Assembly (NCBI GenBank): GCA_942492815.1
Contig: OW818658.1
Coordinates: 5,996,284-6,060,283 of the forward strand
Reading direction: 5' to 3'
Source: Candidatus Hydrogenedentales bacterium
Lineage (GTDB): Bacteria > Hydrogenedentota > Hydrogenedentia > Hydrogenedentales > JAEUWI01
DNA: 64,000 bases
Under the pieces are notes generated by a model, which was given only the letters and a program-made list of their open reading frames with translations, made no database searches and had not been told where the DNA came from. A program made the position numbers and the translations under genes. Below, one piece after another: positions 43,904 through 53,449 of the stretch (positions are counted from its first letter, which is position 1; each line of letters opens with the position of its first letter).

Positions 43904-44224
43904 ATGACCATTAAGAAAGCCAAGCCGACCGACAAGGCCCTCACGAAGTCCAAAGTGATCGAAGCCCTGGCCGAAGAAACCCAGCTTTCGAAGAAAGACG
44001 TCGGTACTGTCCTCGCGGCGCTGACCGAGCTGTCCTACGCGCAGGCCGCCGTGGGTTTCACCATCCCCGGCCTCGGCAAGCTGGTCGTCCAGCAGCGCAA
44101 GGCGCGCAAGGGCCGCAACCCGAAGACGGGCGAGACCATCAAGATCGCTGCCAAGAAGGTGCTCAAGTTCCGCATCGCCAAGGCCGCGAAAGACGCGATC
44201 ACGCCCGCCAAGGAAAAGAAATAA
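43904..44224 (+). CDS. HU/IHF-family DNA-binding protein with a Lys-rich N-terminal extension
   Basis: VIEALAEETQLSKKDVGTVLAALTE...GFTIPGLGKLVVQQRKARKGRNPKTGETIKIAAKKVLKF is a classical HU fold sequence. Confidence 0.85.
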   Translation: MTIKKAKPTDKALTKSKVIEALAEETQLSKKDVGTVLAALTELSYAQAAVGFTIPGLGKLVVQQRKARKGRNPKTGETIKIAAKKVLKFRIAKAAKDAITPAKEKK

Positions 44225-44248
44225 CCAATACCGCACAATTGCGGCGCT

Positions 44249-44290
44249 GACCCGGCCCGGTCTTCACTTCGGTGAGGCCGGGCTTTTTAA
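44249..44290 (+). terminator. Rho-independent terminator of the HU-like gene
   Basis: CCCGGCC...GGCCGGG stem followed by CTTTTT. Confidence 0.6.
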
Positions 44291-44413
44291 TTGACAATGT
44301 ACAATTGACAATGAAAAGACTGAGCAACCTGCCAGCCAGAGATTTTCCGCCCGATTCTCATTGTCAATTGTCAATTGTCAATTGTCAATTGTCAATTGTC
44401 AATTGTCCATTGT
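44289..44413. repeat. heptamer repeat element: AATTGACAATGTACAATTGACAATG, then a 45-nt spacer, then (CAATTGT)x7 in inverted orientation. The tandem part overlaps the 3' end of the TolC-family gene.
   Basis: Seen directly. The tandem heptamers encode the C-terminal ...NNGQLTIDN of the 44385-45803 gene. Confidence 0.9.
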
Positions 44414-45803
44414 TGGTCGCGCGCTGCAACGACGCATAGGCCACGAAGTAATCGCGAATGGCCTGCACCAGCGCGGTCTTCGCCTGGGTGCGCGCCAGCT
44501 CGGTATCGATGATTTCGGTCTGCGTGCCCGCGCCTTCCTTGTAGCGCAGCTCCGCCAGACGCACGCTTTCCTCCGCCAGCGCCACCGTCTCTTTGCCCGC
44601 GCGCATGGACGCCGTCGCTTCATCGAGCCGCACGCAGGCCTGCTCCACATCCGCCGCCACAAGCCGCTCCAGATCGTCCAACTGAATCCGAAGGCTATCC
44701 GCGCGCGCGCGCACCTCGCCCAGTTCATGCTTGCGCTGGCCGCCGAGATAGAGATCCCACTGAGCGCCCACGTTCACCTGCCAGCCATCCGTCAATACAC
44801 GCCCGCCATTGTCCACACTCTGCCATTTCACCGTGGCCGCGGCCTGAGGCAGATACTTCCCCTTCACCCCTTTTTCCTGCTGGCCCGTGGCCGCCACCGC
44901 TTCCTGCAATGCGAGCACCTCCGGGCGCTTCTCGCGGGCCTGCGCGATCAGTTCCGAGGCCTTCAGCGCCACGGGCGACCAGGGCAGAGACGCATCGTAG
45001 CTCAGGGGCTGTTGTTCCGGCAGCGCGAGGATGCGGCGCATGTTGATATCCGCAAGTTTCGCCCCGGCGCGGGCCGCTTCAAGATCGGAGCGCCGCGAGC
45101 CCGCTTCGGTCTTTGCGCGCATCACCTCGAAGTTGGTAATGGCGCCCTCCCGCAGCAGGGCCTCGGTGTCCTTCACATGGCGCTCGAAGGCCTCCAGGGC
45201 CTCCGTGGCCACCGCTACCAGCGAAGAGGCCAGCAGGGCATTGTGGTAGGCTTCCCGGGCCTGGTAGGCAATCTCCGCGCGGACGGCGTCGCGGCGCCAG
45301 ACCTCCGATGCCGCGAGATACTCGGACGCCTTCACCGCCGCCTGCACTTGGCCACCCGCATAGATCAGTTGCGTGATGCTCAGACCCGTGGTGGTGGTTC
45401 CCTTCTCGGGCGCATAGCCTTCGGCGCCGATCAGCTTTTGAATGCCCGGGCGGCCGATCCCCTGGTCGAGCTCCTCGATGTAGTTGTAGGCCACCTGCCC
45501 CTTCACCTGGGGCAGACGCCGCGCTTTCGCCTGGCCCGTCTGGGCCTCGCGCAGCGCGATGTCCGTGTCGGCTTCGAGCACCTGGGCATTGTTTTCGAGT
45601 GCCAGCGCCACGCACTGATCCAGCGTCAGGGCCAGCGTTTCCAGGGCCTCGCCCCCCTCGCCACCCGTGTGATATGCTTCGGGCTCCGCAAGGATCGGCC
45701 CAGCCTGCTCAAGAAGTTGCTCAAGTTTTGGATCGGCCTGAGCCCCTGCGGAAAGCAGCGCGGATGAGCAAAAGACAAGGCGAAAAAGCGTGGAAGATTT
45801 CAT
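44385..45803 (-). CDS. TolC-family outer membrane efflux protein
   Basis: 472 aa. Signal peptide. Two OEP repeats with coiled-coil-rich alpha-barrel segments. Confidence 0.8.
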   Translation of the reverse strand: MKSSTLFRLVFCSSALLSAGAQADPKLEQLLEQAGPILAEPEAYHTGGEGGEALETLALTLDQCVALALENNAQVLEADTDIALREAQTGQAKARRLPQVKGQVAYNYIEELDQGIGRPGIQKLIGAEGYAPEKGTTTTGLSITQLIYAGGQVQAAVKASEYLAASEVWRRDAVRAEIAYQAREAYHNALLASSLVAVATEALEAFERHVKDTEALLREGAITNFEVMRAKTEAGSRRSDLEAARAGAKLADINMRRILALPEQQPLSYDASLPWSPVALKASELIAQAREKRPEVLALQEAVAATGQQEKGVKGKYLPQAAATVKWQSVDNGGRVLTDGWQVNVGAQWDLYLGGQRKHELGEVRARADSLRIQLDDLERLVAADVEQACVRLDEATASMRAGKETVALAEESVRLAELRYKEGAGTQTEIIDTELARTQAKTALVQAIRDYFVAYASLQRATNNGQLTIDN

Positions 45804-45927
45804 GGGGGCAGACTCCCGAAAGGGTTATGGCAGCGCCTGATTTTAATGCCCCCGGCTTGGGGCAGTCAAAGGCCCGCCCTTGCACGCCCATCCGGCAAAG
45901 AGAAATCAGCAGTATCGGAGCATATCC

Positions 45928-46647
45928 ATGAGTGAGCTCATCATCGTGCGCCACGGCCAGGCGTCCTTCCTTTCGGGCAACTACGACCAGCTTTCCGAGC
46001 TCGGCGCAGAGCAGACCCGACTCCTGGGCGAATTCTGGGCCGCGCGGGGCCTCCGCGCCGCGCGCTTCGTCGTGGGTCCGCGTAAACGACACCAACAATC
46101 GGCCGATGCCATCCTGGCCGCACTGGCCGACGCGGATTTGGCCCCGATGGAAGTGGTCGACGATGATCGGCTCGATGAGTTCGACTGGGACGGCCTCTAC
46201 CGCTATGCCAGCAGCACCCTCGCGGAGCGCGACCCCGCCATCGGCGCGCTGAAGCACGCCTTCGAATCGGCGTCCGACATCACGGCGAAGCGGCGCACCA
46301 TTCAGCACTATATGGAAGCCGTCACCGCGCAGTGGGCGGCGGGGGCCTTTCACGAAGACGGTCTTGAAACCTGGGACGAGTTCCGCAGCCGCGTGGAGGT
46401 CGCCATGAGACAACATATACAGGATCTGCCGAGCGGGAGCCGCGTGGTCCTGGTGACCTCGGGCGGCGTGGCGGCGGCCTCGGCGGGTCATGTGCTCGGT
46501 CTGGACGCCGCGCGAACCCTGGGACTCATCTGGACTTTGCGCAATGGCGCCCTCGTGGAGTACCTCTTCGGGAAGGGCCGCATATCTCTCAGCAGCTTCA
46601 ACAACGCGCCCCACCTGCCCGAAGCGCGGCACTGGACCTATCGGTAG
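45928..46647 (+). CDS. histidine phosphatase family protein (phosphoglycerate-mutase-like)
   Basis: N-terminal LIIVRHGQASF (RHG catalytic motif). Confidence 0.75.
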   Translation: MSELIIVRHGQASFLSGNYDQLSELGAEQTRLLGEFWAARGLRAARFVVGPRKRHQQSADAILAALADADLAPMEVVDDDRLDEFDWDGLYRYASSTLAERDPAIGALKHAFESASDITAKRRTIQHYMEAVTAQWAAGAFHEDGLETWDEFRSRVEVAMRQHIQDLPSGSRVVLVTSGGVAAASAGHVLGLDAARTLGLIWTLRNGALVEYLFGKGRISLSSFNNAPHLPEARHWTYR

Positions 46648-46655
46648 CGAAGTTT

Positions 46656-46683
46656 AATCAGACGGATCAGATCAGTCCGATGA
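46656..46683. repeat. GATC-rich element, short copy C (AATCAGACGGATCAGATCAGTCCGATG)
   Basis: Seen directly. Follows the stop of the 45928-46647 gene. Confidence 0.7.
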
Positions 46684-46746
46684 ACTCCCAGAAAATGAAA
46701 ACGGCCTTCCGCCACATTGGCAGAGGGCCTCTAAATTTTCGGGCGC

Positions 46747-47817
46747 CTATTTTGTGTGCCCCAGGATCGCCTCTTCCTTGAAACTCGTCAGCATCACCGT
46801 GGCGCGCGAATCCGTCGTATAGACCACGTGGATTGTGCCGTCCTTCGCCTGGATCGCCATGGGATAGGCAAAGGTATTGCCCGGGGCGACGATATCGCGG
46901 CGATGGGGCCACGTCTTGTCGTTGTCCTCGGAAATCGCGATGGTCAGGGGAATCCGCTCGTTCATGTTGTCGTTGTAGGCCAGCAGCAGATGCCCGTTCT
47001 GCAGCTTGATGAAACCTACGGCCGCATTGGGGTTCGGAAACTGGGAATCTTTACCGCGTTTCCACGTCTGGCCGCCGTCATGCGATTCCGAGCGCACCAG
47101 ATAGCGGTTCGTGCTTGGTTCGTAGCCGCCACCCACGCGGCAATAAGCGATCAGGCAATCGTCCGTGATCTGCACCGCCTCGGGCTGGAGATTGCCCTTC
47201 TTCGACTTGATCCGCTTCGTCGGCGTCCACGTGCGCGTCTTCGGATCGTGCCGGAGGAAGTAGGACGTCGTGTCCCGACCGATCACCTCCCGGTCGCTGC
47301 CCGTCTCGTGGTAGACCGGCAACAGGTACTCGCCGTTGTTCAACACAATCGGACGGCCCCGCACCATCGTGCCCATTTCAAAACCCAGATTCATCGAATC
47401 GGACCACGTATGGCCACCGTCCTCGGAGATCTTGGCCTTGATGAGCGTCTCCGACCAGGTGGCGCCGAAACGCTGCACGTAAAACAGCCACACCAGACCA
47501 TCCGGCGCCTGCCACACGATGCCGTTACCCTCGCCCTGGAAAGGCGTGTCCGCCAGCAACTGCGGCTCCGACCAGGCCGTCTGCCCCGGCGAACGGCGGA
47601 TGCCATAGACCTTTGATTCGTCCTCATACTCGCCGCCGCCACCATAAAAAGTGATGTACAGATCGCCGTTGTCCAACTCCGTGATCGCGGCGGGGTGCTT
47701 ATAGGCCCCCGGCTTCTCGGTGCCGATCACCTTCTCCACGATGATGTCATCCGCCGCGAGGACGGGGACCGAAAAAAAGGCCAGCGCCAGCGCGCAGGAC
47801 AGGGAATTACGCCACAT
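46747..47817 (-). CDS. BNR-repeat sialidase/neuraminidase-like glycosyl hydrolase, secreted (paralog 1)
   Basis: BNR Asp-box motifs SEDGGHTW and SHDGGQTW. Signal peptide. ~65% identical to the adjacent paralog. Confidence 0.75.
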   Translation of the reverse strand: MWRNSLSCALALAFFSVPVLAADDIIVEKVIGTEKPGAYKHPAAITELDNGDLYITFYGGGGEYEDESKVYGIRRSPGQTAWSEPQLLADTPFQGEGNGIVWQAPDGLVWLFYVQRFGATWSETLIKAKISEDGGHTWSDSMNLGFEMGTMVRGRPIVLNNGEYLLPVYHETGSDREVIGRDTTSYFLRHDPKTRTWTPTKRIKSKKGNLQPEAVQITDDCLIAYCRVGGGYEPSTNRYLVRSESHDGGQTWKRGKDSQFPNPNAAVGFIKLQNGHLLLAYNDNMNERIPLTIAISEDNDKTWPHRRDIVAPGNTFAYPMAIQAKDGTIHVVYTTDSRATVMLTSFKEEAILGHTK

Positions 47818-47930
47818 GAAAGATACTCCTTGTTGGGGTCGATTGGACGTCATAGACACCGGGGTAGGATAAAGGGTGGCCGGGGCGAAACTCAATTAAA
47901 ACTCGAATTCACCACGTCTTCCCGCCGCGC

Positions 47931-49004
47931 CTACTTCGTGTGCCCGAGTATCGCCTCTTCCTTGAAGCTCACCAGGATCACCGTGTCCCGAATACCCGTC
48001 GTGCAAATCACGTGGATGGTTCCATCCTTCGCCTGGATCGCCATGGGATAGCCGAAGGTGTTGTCCGTTCCGCTCGTGGCGAGATCGCGGCGGTGGGGCC
48101 AGGTCTGGTCGTTGTCCTCGGAGATGGCCGCAGTCAGGGGTGTGCGATAGTTCATGCTGTCATTGAAGACCAGCAGCAGCTTGCCGCTCTGCAGCTTGAT
48201 GAAGCTCACCGCCGAGTTCGGGTTGGGAAACGGGGAGTTCTTGCCCCGGCTCCACGTCTCGCCGCCGTCGCGCGATTCGGACCGGAGGATGTAGCGCGAC
48301 GTGCTCGGCTCGAAATCGCCGCCGGGGCGGACATAGGCGATCAGGTGCTCGTCCGAAATCTGCACCGGCTCGGGCTGGAGATTGCCGTGTCGCGAACGGA
48401 TACGACCGGTCGGGGTCCACGTGCGCGTCTTCGGGTTGTGGCGCAGGAAGTAGGATCGTGTGTCGGGAAAGGTCCGGTCGATGTCGCTGCCCGTTTCATG
48501 ATAGACCGGAAGGAGGTAGTCGCCGTTGTTCAGCACGATGGGCAGGCCGCGGCACATGGTGCCCAGTTCGAAGTTCAGCACCATCGAGTCGGACCACGTC
48601 TCGCCGCTGTCCTCCGAGATCTTCGCGAGGGTCCGCGATTCCGACCACGTGTCGCCGTAGCGCTGCACGTAGAAGAGCCACAGCAGGCCGTCCGGCGCTT
48701 GCCAGGCGATGCCATTCCCCTCGCCGAGGAAGGGCGTGTCCGCCAGGAGTTTCGGCTCGGACCACGCGGTCTCCCCCGCTTTCCGGCGAATGCCCCAAAC
48801 CTTTGAATCCTCCTCATACTCGCCACCGCCACCGTAATAGGTCGCAAAGAGATCGCCATTGGTCAATTGCGTAATCGCAGCGGGGTGCTTGTACTTCCCG
48901 GGATGCTCCTTGCCAATGACGTGCTCGATAAGGATGTCCTCCGCGGCGAAGGCGGTGAACGAAAAAAGGAAGGCCATTGCGCAAAGCGTGGATGTGTACC
49001 GCAT
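47931..49004 (-). CDS. BNR-repeat sialidase/neuraminidase-like glycosyl hydrolase, secreted (paralog 2)
   Basis: BNR motifs SEDSGETW and SRDGGETW. Tandem duplicate of the 46747-47817 gene. Confidence 0.75.
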   Translation of the reverse strand: MRYTSTLCAMAFLFSFTAFAAEDILIEHVIGKEHPGKYKHPAAITQLTNGDLFATYYGGGGEYEEDSKVWGIRRKAGETAWSEPKLLADTPFLGEGNGIAWQAPDGLLWLFYVQRYGDTWSESRTLAKISEDSGETWSDSMVLNFELGTMCRGLPIVLNNGDYLLPVYHETGSDIDRTFPDTRSYFLRHNPKTRTWTPTGRIRSRHGNLQPEPVQISDEHLIAYVRPGGDFEPSTSRYILRSESRDGGETWSRGKNSPFPNPNSAVSFIKLQSGKLLLVFNDSMNYRTPLTAAISEDNDQTWPHRRDLATSGTDNTFGYPMAIQAKDGTIHVICTTGIRDTVILVSFKEEAILGHTK

Positions 49005-49200
49005 AGGTAGAGCTCCGTTGAAGTGCGGGTTCGACGTCATCTTGCTGGAAGAATATCGGCTGGCCGCGACGGATCGCAACAGGCGGCACGACTGCTGGGG
49101 AGCGACTGACTTCGTGGTGCCGAGGTACGACTTCCGGATGCGCGAATCGAATCTGGAAAATGCCCGGCAATCAACCGCCGGCCGCTGATGGTATGTTCTC

Positions 49201-50109
49201 TTAGCCCGTGAAGTCGGGCAAATAAATCAGCAACCCACAGGCCACGGCCCACAGCACCACCGTGGCACCCAGGGGACGATCTTTAATCAGCGTGCTGCTG
49301 GGATCGCCGCCGCCGGTCTCATGGTGGATCAGGTGGAGATAACGGAAGAGTCCGTAGACCACGAAGGGCAGGGTGATGTAGAGCTTGTCGGTGCCGAGGC
49401 GCTGAATCACTTCGGGGGAGCAGGTATAAATCGTGTAGGTGATCAGCGTGCCCCCGGCCATGATGAGGATAAGCTGATCGAGGTAGTTCACCGTGTAGTG
49501 TTGCAACACCTGCCGGTGAGACTGGGCACCTTCCTCCAGCAGGAGGATTTCCTGGCGGCGCTTGCTCAGGCCGAGGAAGGTGGCGAGGAAAAGGGTGCAC
49601 ACCACGAGCCAGTTGGAAAAGGGCACGTCCAGGGCAATGGCGCCGGCCACGGCGCGGATCACGAAGCCCAGCGCAATGGCGAGCACGTCCACGATCATGA
49701 CGTGTTTGAGCTTGAGCGTATAGGCGAGGGTCAGCACGACATAGGCCAGCAGGGCCACCAGAAACTCCTGCCGGATGGCCCAGGCGATGACCAGGCTCGC
49801 GCCGAAAAGGAGCACCAGCAGCACGCGCGCGGCGGCGGGGCTCATGGCGCCGCTGGCGAGGGGGCGGTGGCATTTCTTGGGGTGTTCGCGGTCGCTCTCG
49901 ATATCGAGGAGGTCGTTGAAGACATAGGTGGCGCTGGCGGCCAGACAGAAGGCGGCAAAGGCCGCCAGGCTCACGAGGGCCTGGCTCGGGTGGCTCAATT
50001 CGCCGGCGAAGACGAGGGCCGCAAAGAGCAGCAAGTTCTTCGTCCACTGGTAGGGACGCATCGCTGCGATGCAGGTCACGATGAAGGGCGGGTGCTTGGT
50101 CTCGGCCAT
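49201..50109 (-). CDS. UbiA-family prenyltransferase; decaprenyl-phosphate 5-phosphoribosyltransferase (DPPR synthase, Rv3806c-like)
   Basis: 302 aa (same length as Rv3806c). YVFNDLLDIESDREHPKKCHRPLASG prenyltransferase motif. Start codon overlaps the dprE2 stop. Confidence 0.75.
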   Translation of the reverse strand: MAETKHPPFIVTCIAAMRPYQWTKNLLLFAALVFAGELSHPSQALVSLAAFAAFCLAASATYVFNDLLDIESDREHPKKCHRPLASGAMSPAAARVLLVLLFGASLVIAWAIRQEFLVALLAYVVLTLAYTLKLKHVMIVDVLAIALGFVIRAVAGAIALDVPFSNWLVVCTLFLATFLGLSKRRQEILLLEEGAQSHRQVLQHYTVNYLDQLILIMAGGTLITYTIYTCSPEVIQRLGTDKLYITLPFVVYGLFRYLHLIHHETGGGDPSSTLIKDRPLGATVVLWAVACGLLIYLPDFTG

Positions 50110-50867
50110 TACATGCTCATCTTCTTGAAGACGCGACGGGGGATATTGCGGATGATCAGCATGATGTAGCGCCAGAAGAAGGGCACATAGGCCTCGTCCT
50201 TACCGGTGCTTACCGCTTTGAAAATGGCCTTGCCCGCCTGGGCCGGCGTGGCAACGAGGGGGCCGGGGAGCGGCAGGCCGAAGGTCATTTTGGTGTCCAC
50301 AAAGCCGGGCTGGATCGTGGTCACGGTCACGTTGGACTTGGCCAGCCGCACGCGGAGCCCTTCGAGGTAGCAGGTCAGCCCCGCCTTCGTCGCACCGTAA
50401 ATGTAGTTCGTCTGTTTGCCGCGATCGCCCGCGACGGACGAAAGGACGCCCAGGAAACCGGAACCGCGATGCTCAAAGACCGCCGCAAAGGCTTCCAGAA
50501 TGGAGATGGCGCTGGTGAGGTTGACCGAGATCATCTTCTCCACTTCGGCCATGTGTTTCTGAGCTTTTTCCTGCTCGGCCATATAGCCATAGCCCAGCAC
50601 GATGCCCGTGGGCTTGGTACCGATGGCGGCCTCGCAGGCTTCCACGAATTTGCCATGGGAGGGGAGGTCTTCGGCGTCGAAATGCAGGGCATGGCAGGGC
50701 ACGCCGTGGCGCACGGCGATATCCGCCGCGAGAATGGCGTTCTCTTCGTCATCCCGCGCGGCGAGCACGAGGGTGTAGCCCGCCGCGGCAAAAGCCTGGG
50801 CCGTGGCCCGGGTGATGCCCGAGGTGGATCCGAGAATGACGGCGCTGGGCCGGAAGTCGGTGCTCAT
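50109..50867 (-). CDS. dprE2: decaprenylphosphoryl-2-keto-beta-D-erythro-pentose reductase DprE2 ortholog (SDR)
   Basis: 252 aa. LGSTSGI Rossmann motif and YGATKAG. The C-terminal ...FWRYIMLIIRNIPRRVFKKM closely parallels Mtb Rv3791 ...FRYVMMVLRHIPRSIFRKL. Confidence 0.8.
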   Translation of the reverse strand: MSTDFRPSAVILGSTSGITRATAQAFAAAGYTLVLAARDDEENAILAADIAVRHGVPCHALHFDAEDLPSHGKFVEACEAAIGTKPTGIVLGYGYMAEQEKAQKHMAEVEKMISVNLTSAISILEAFAAVFEHRGSGFLGVLSSVAGDRGKQTNYIYGATKAGLTCYLEGLRVRLAKSNVTVTTIQPGFVDTKMTFGLPLPGPLVATPAQAGKAIFKAVSTGKDEAYVPFFWRYIMLIIRNIPRRVFKKMSM

Positions 50868-50926
50868 GAGGGATACGCTCTACGTTGGCATTCATTGTGA
50901 TTCGCGGAGTATTGCGCGCAATCGTG

Positions 50927-51000
50927 CAGAGACAACAGGGACGTCAGCGACAGCAGGGTACGCAATTCCTGCTGTCGCTGCTGTCTCTGACGTCCCTGAA
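50927..51000. repeat. REPIN-like NNCAGRGAC inverted-array hairpin, copy 3 (between dprE2 and dprE1)
   Basis: CAGAGACAACAGGGACGTCAGCGACAGCAGGG ... CCTGCTGTCGCTGCTGTCTCTGACGTCCCTGAA. Confidence 0.85.
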
Positions 51001-51033
51001 AAACAGCGGGGTAAGTGTTGGGCATATTGAGCA

Positions 51034-52377
51034 TCACACCAGCCCCAATCGCCGTGCCATGTTGGAGGACAGCACGCCTTTGGGATCGAGGCGCTTCTGT
51101 ATGGCTTTGAACTCGTCCAGGCGCGGGTACATGGCCGCGATGGTCTCCGGACTCGCCACGGCGTCTTTCGCCAGGTAGAGACGTCCATCGTGATCGAGAA
51201 GGATCCGCTCCAGCTCGTGGAGGAAGGGCGTGAGGCCACGGTGGTTTGGCAGATCAAGCGTGAGGGTGTAACCCTTCATGGGATGGGACAACAGGCCGGG
51301 ATTCTGCTCGCCGAAGGTCTTCAAGACGGCGAGGAACGAAGCGCGGCGCGAATCGGCGAGTCGCTGGAGAATGCGGATGAGGCCCTGCTTGCTCTCGTAG
51401 GGCAGTGTGGCCTGAAACTGGGCAAAGCCCTTGCGCCCATAGAGCCGGTTCCAGTGGTGGATGGCGTCCAGGGGATAGAAATACTTGTCGTAGTGCACCA
51501 GCTTGCCGATGGTCGTGGGGTGCGCGGCGTAGAAGACCTTGTTGAAGGCCGTCACGCTCAGGGGATTCAGCACAAACTGGGGGCAGTTGAAGGGCACGTT
51601 CTTCGGGAATTCCCGCTTCAGAGCGAAGGGTGTATTCGCGCGGGCCGGATCGAGCTGGGAAAGCCTCGCGTGATTGCCCTGCATAAGTACGGAGCGGCCC
51701 AGACTCGCGCCCCGCGCCAGGCAATCGACCCAGGCCACGGAATATTTGTGGGCGCCGTCGGTCGCCGCCATGGCATCCAGCGCGTGATCCAAATCGCGGC
51801 ACTGGGTGTAATCCGTCACGATCCAGGAGCTTTCCACGGGCTGAAGCCGCACGCGGGCCGTGAGGATGAACCCCGTGAGTCCCACACCGCCCGCCGTGGC
51901 CCAGAAGACATCGGCGTTCTCGGTTTTCGAGCAATTCAGGATCTCGCCGGTAGGCAGGAGCAGCGTGAAGGATTCCACGAATTCGCAGAAGGTCCCGTCG
52001 CAGTGATGGTTCTTGCCGTGGACGTCATTGGCAATGGCGCCGCCGATGGTCACAAATTTGGTGCCGGGCGTGACCGGGACGAAATAGCCGCGCGGCACAA
52101 AGACGTCGAGAATGTCGGCCAGGCTGACGCCAGCCTCGCACTCGAGTACGCCGGTTTCCTCGTCGAAGCTGATCATGCGGTCGAGACGAGTGGTGTTGAC
52201 CACGCCACCGCCACCGTTGACGGCGGTATCGCCGTAGCTTCGGCCCAGTCCTCGGGCGATGATCGAAGAGGAAGCGTGACCCCCGATGAGGTCGTTCAGG
52301 GTGCGGCGTTTTTCCGGGCGAAAGACGTCACACTTCTCGGGATCCAGGCCGCCCCAGCCGCTGAGGGACTGGTGCAT
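51034..52377 (-). CDS. dprE1: decaprenylphosphoryl-beta-D-ribose 2'-oxidase DprE1 ortholog (FAD-dependent)
   Basis: Motifs IARGLGRSYGD, VTIGGAIANDVHGKNHH, FWATAGGVGLTG and C-terminal YPRLDEFKAIQKRLDPKGVLSSNMARRLGL all parallel Mtb Rv3790. Start chosen at MHQSLSGWGG to match the DprE1 N-terminus. Confidence 0.85.
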   Translation of the reverse strand: MHQSLSGWGGLDPEKCDVFRPEKRRTLNDLIGGHASSSIIARGLGRSYGDTAVNGGGGVVNTTRLDRMISFDEETGVLECEAGVSLADILDVFVPRGYFVPVTPGTKFVTIGGAIANDVHGKNHHCDGTFCEFVESFTLLLPTGEILNCSKTENADVFWATAGGVGLTGFILTARVRLQPVESSWIVTDYTQCRDLDHALDAMAATDGAHKYSVAWVDCLARGASLGRSVLMQGNHARLSQLDPARANTPFALKREFPKNVPFNCPQFVLNPLSVTAFNKVFYAAHPTTIGKLVHYDKYFYPLDAIHHWNRLYGRKGFAQFQATLPYESKQGLIRILQRLADSRRASFLAVLKTFGEQNPGLLSHPMKGYTLTLDLPNHRGLTPFLHELERILLDHDGRLYLAKDAVASPETIAAMYPRLDEFKAIQKRLDPKGVLSSNMARRLGLV

Positions 52378-52642
52378 GGAGGAATCGGCCACGGGTATTC
52401 TCCTGGGTTGGTGTGAAGGTCTCGGCTGTGAAGTGTACTCGGGTGTATATACCCGCCGCAGGCGAAAGTATAACGCCATCGGTCGGATACAAACAAGTCC
52501 GACTGGCGCTATCTGCTTTGTTGACAGGGAATTAGAGGGAAAAACGCATGAAAAAAATGGGGCCCATACGACCTATACGACCCATGTAAGCCATCGCCGG
52601 TGGCCTGCTTCCCGGTCCAGCGCCGCCCCCGGCGATCCACTT

Positions 52643-53449
52643 TCACTGCTCCGGTGTCTTCGGGGACTTGTTCTCCATCAGGATATCATCCAGAATCAGG
52701 ATTCGTTCGCACCAGATCATGAGCAGGGTGCACAGGTAGCGGCGGCCCATTTTGCGCAGGCGCAGGTTGCTGATGCCCCAGGTGCGGCCGGACCAGGTGA
52801 TGGGGACCTGGGCAATGCGGTAGCGCCGGATCAGGCTCGACAGCGACATTTCGATAGTGATGTTGAAGTGGGCCGCCTGCAGCGGAAGGATGCTCTGGAT
52901 CACATGGCGCCGGTAAACCTTGAAGGCGTTGGTGAGGTCGTTGTGGTGGGTCAGGAAGAGCACCTGCATGGCATGGTTCACGATTCGGTTGACCACCAGC
53001 TTCACGGGCGGATAGTGGGTGACACTGCCGCCCTTCATGAAGCGCGATCCGAAGACGCAGTCGTAGCCCTCTTCAATCTTGCGATAGCAGCGCACCACGT
53101 CCAAAGGGTTGTCCGAACTGTCCGCCATGACCACGGCGAGCACGTCGCCCCGGTAGTGGTGTAGTCCGCAGCGGATAGCGCGGCCGAGGCCGCCGGGGGG
53201 CCAGTTGTGGACCAGGTGGATCTCGGGGATTTCCTTCGCCTTCTCCTCGATCACCGCCGTGGTGTTGTCCGTGCTGTTGTCGTTGACCACGAGGAGCTCA
53301 AAGGGGATAGATTCCGCGCGCAGGGCGGCGGCGAGGCTTTCCAGCGTGGGTATGATGTTCTTCTCTTCGTTGTACGCGGGTATAAGAACGGAGTAGAGAA
53401 GGGTATTCTTCTCCACCGGCTGCAACTTAGATTCGGCCTTCGAAACCAT
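52643..53449 (-). CDS. GT2 polyprenyl-phosphate glycosyltransferase (DPM1/GtrB/ArnC-like)
   Basis: [24 protein letters not shown] and DSSD motifs of the GT-A GT2 family. C-terminal extension. The ORF-track 5' extension was rejected in favour of the internal Met. Confidence 0.75.
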   Translation of the reverse strand: MVSKAESKLQPVEKNTLLYSVLIPAYNEEKNIIPTLESLAAALRAESIPFELLVVNDNSTDNTTAVIEEKAKEIPEIHLVHNWPPGGLGRAIRCGLHHYRGDVLAVVMADSSDNPLDVVRCYRKIEEGYDCVFGSRFMKGGSVTHYPPVKLVVNRIVNHAMQVLFLTHHNDLTNAFKVYRRHVIQSILPLQAAHFNITIEMSLSSLIRRYRIAQVPITWSGRTWGISNLRLRKMGRRYLCTLLMIWCERILILDDILMENKSPKTPEQ

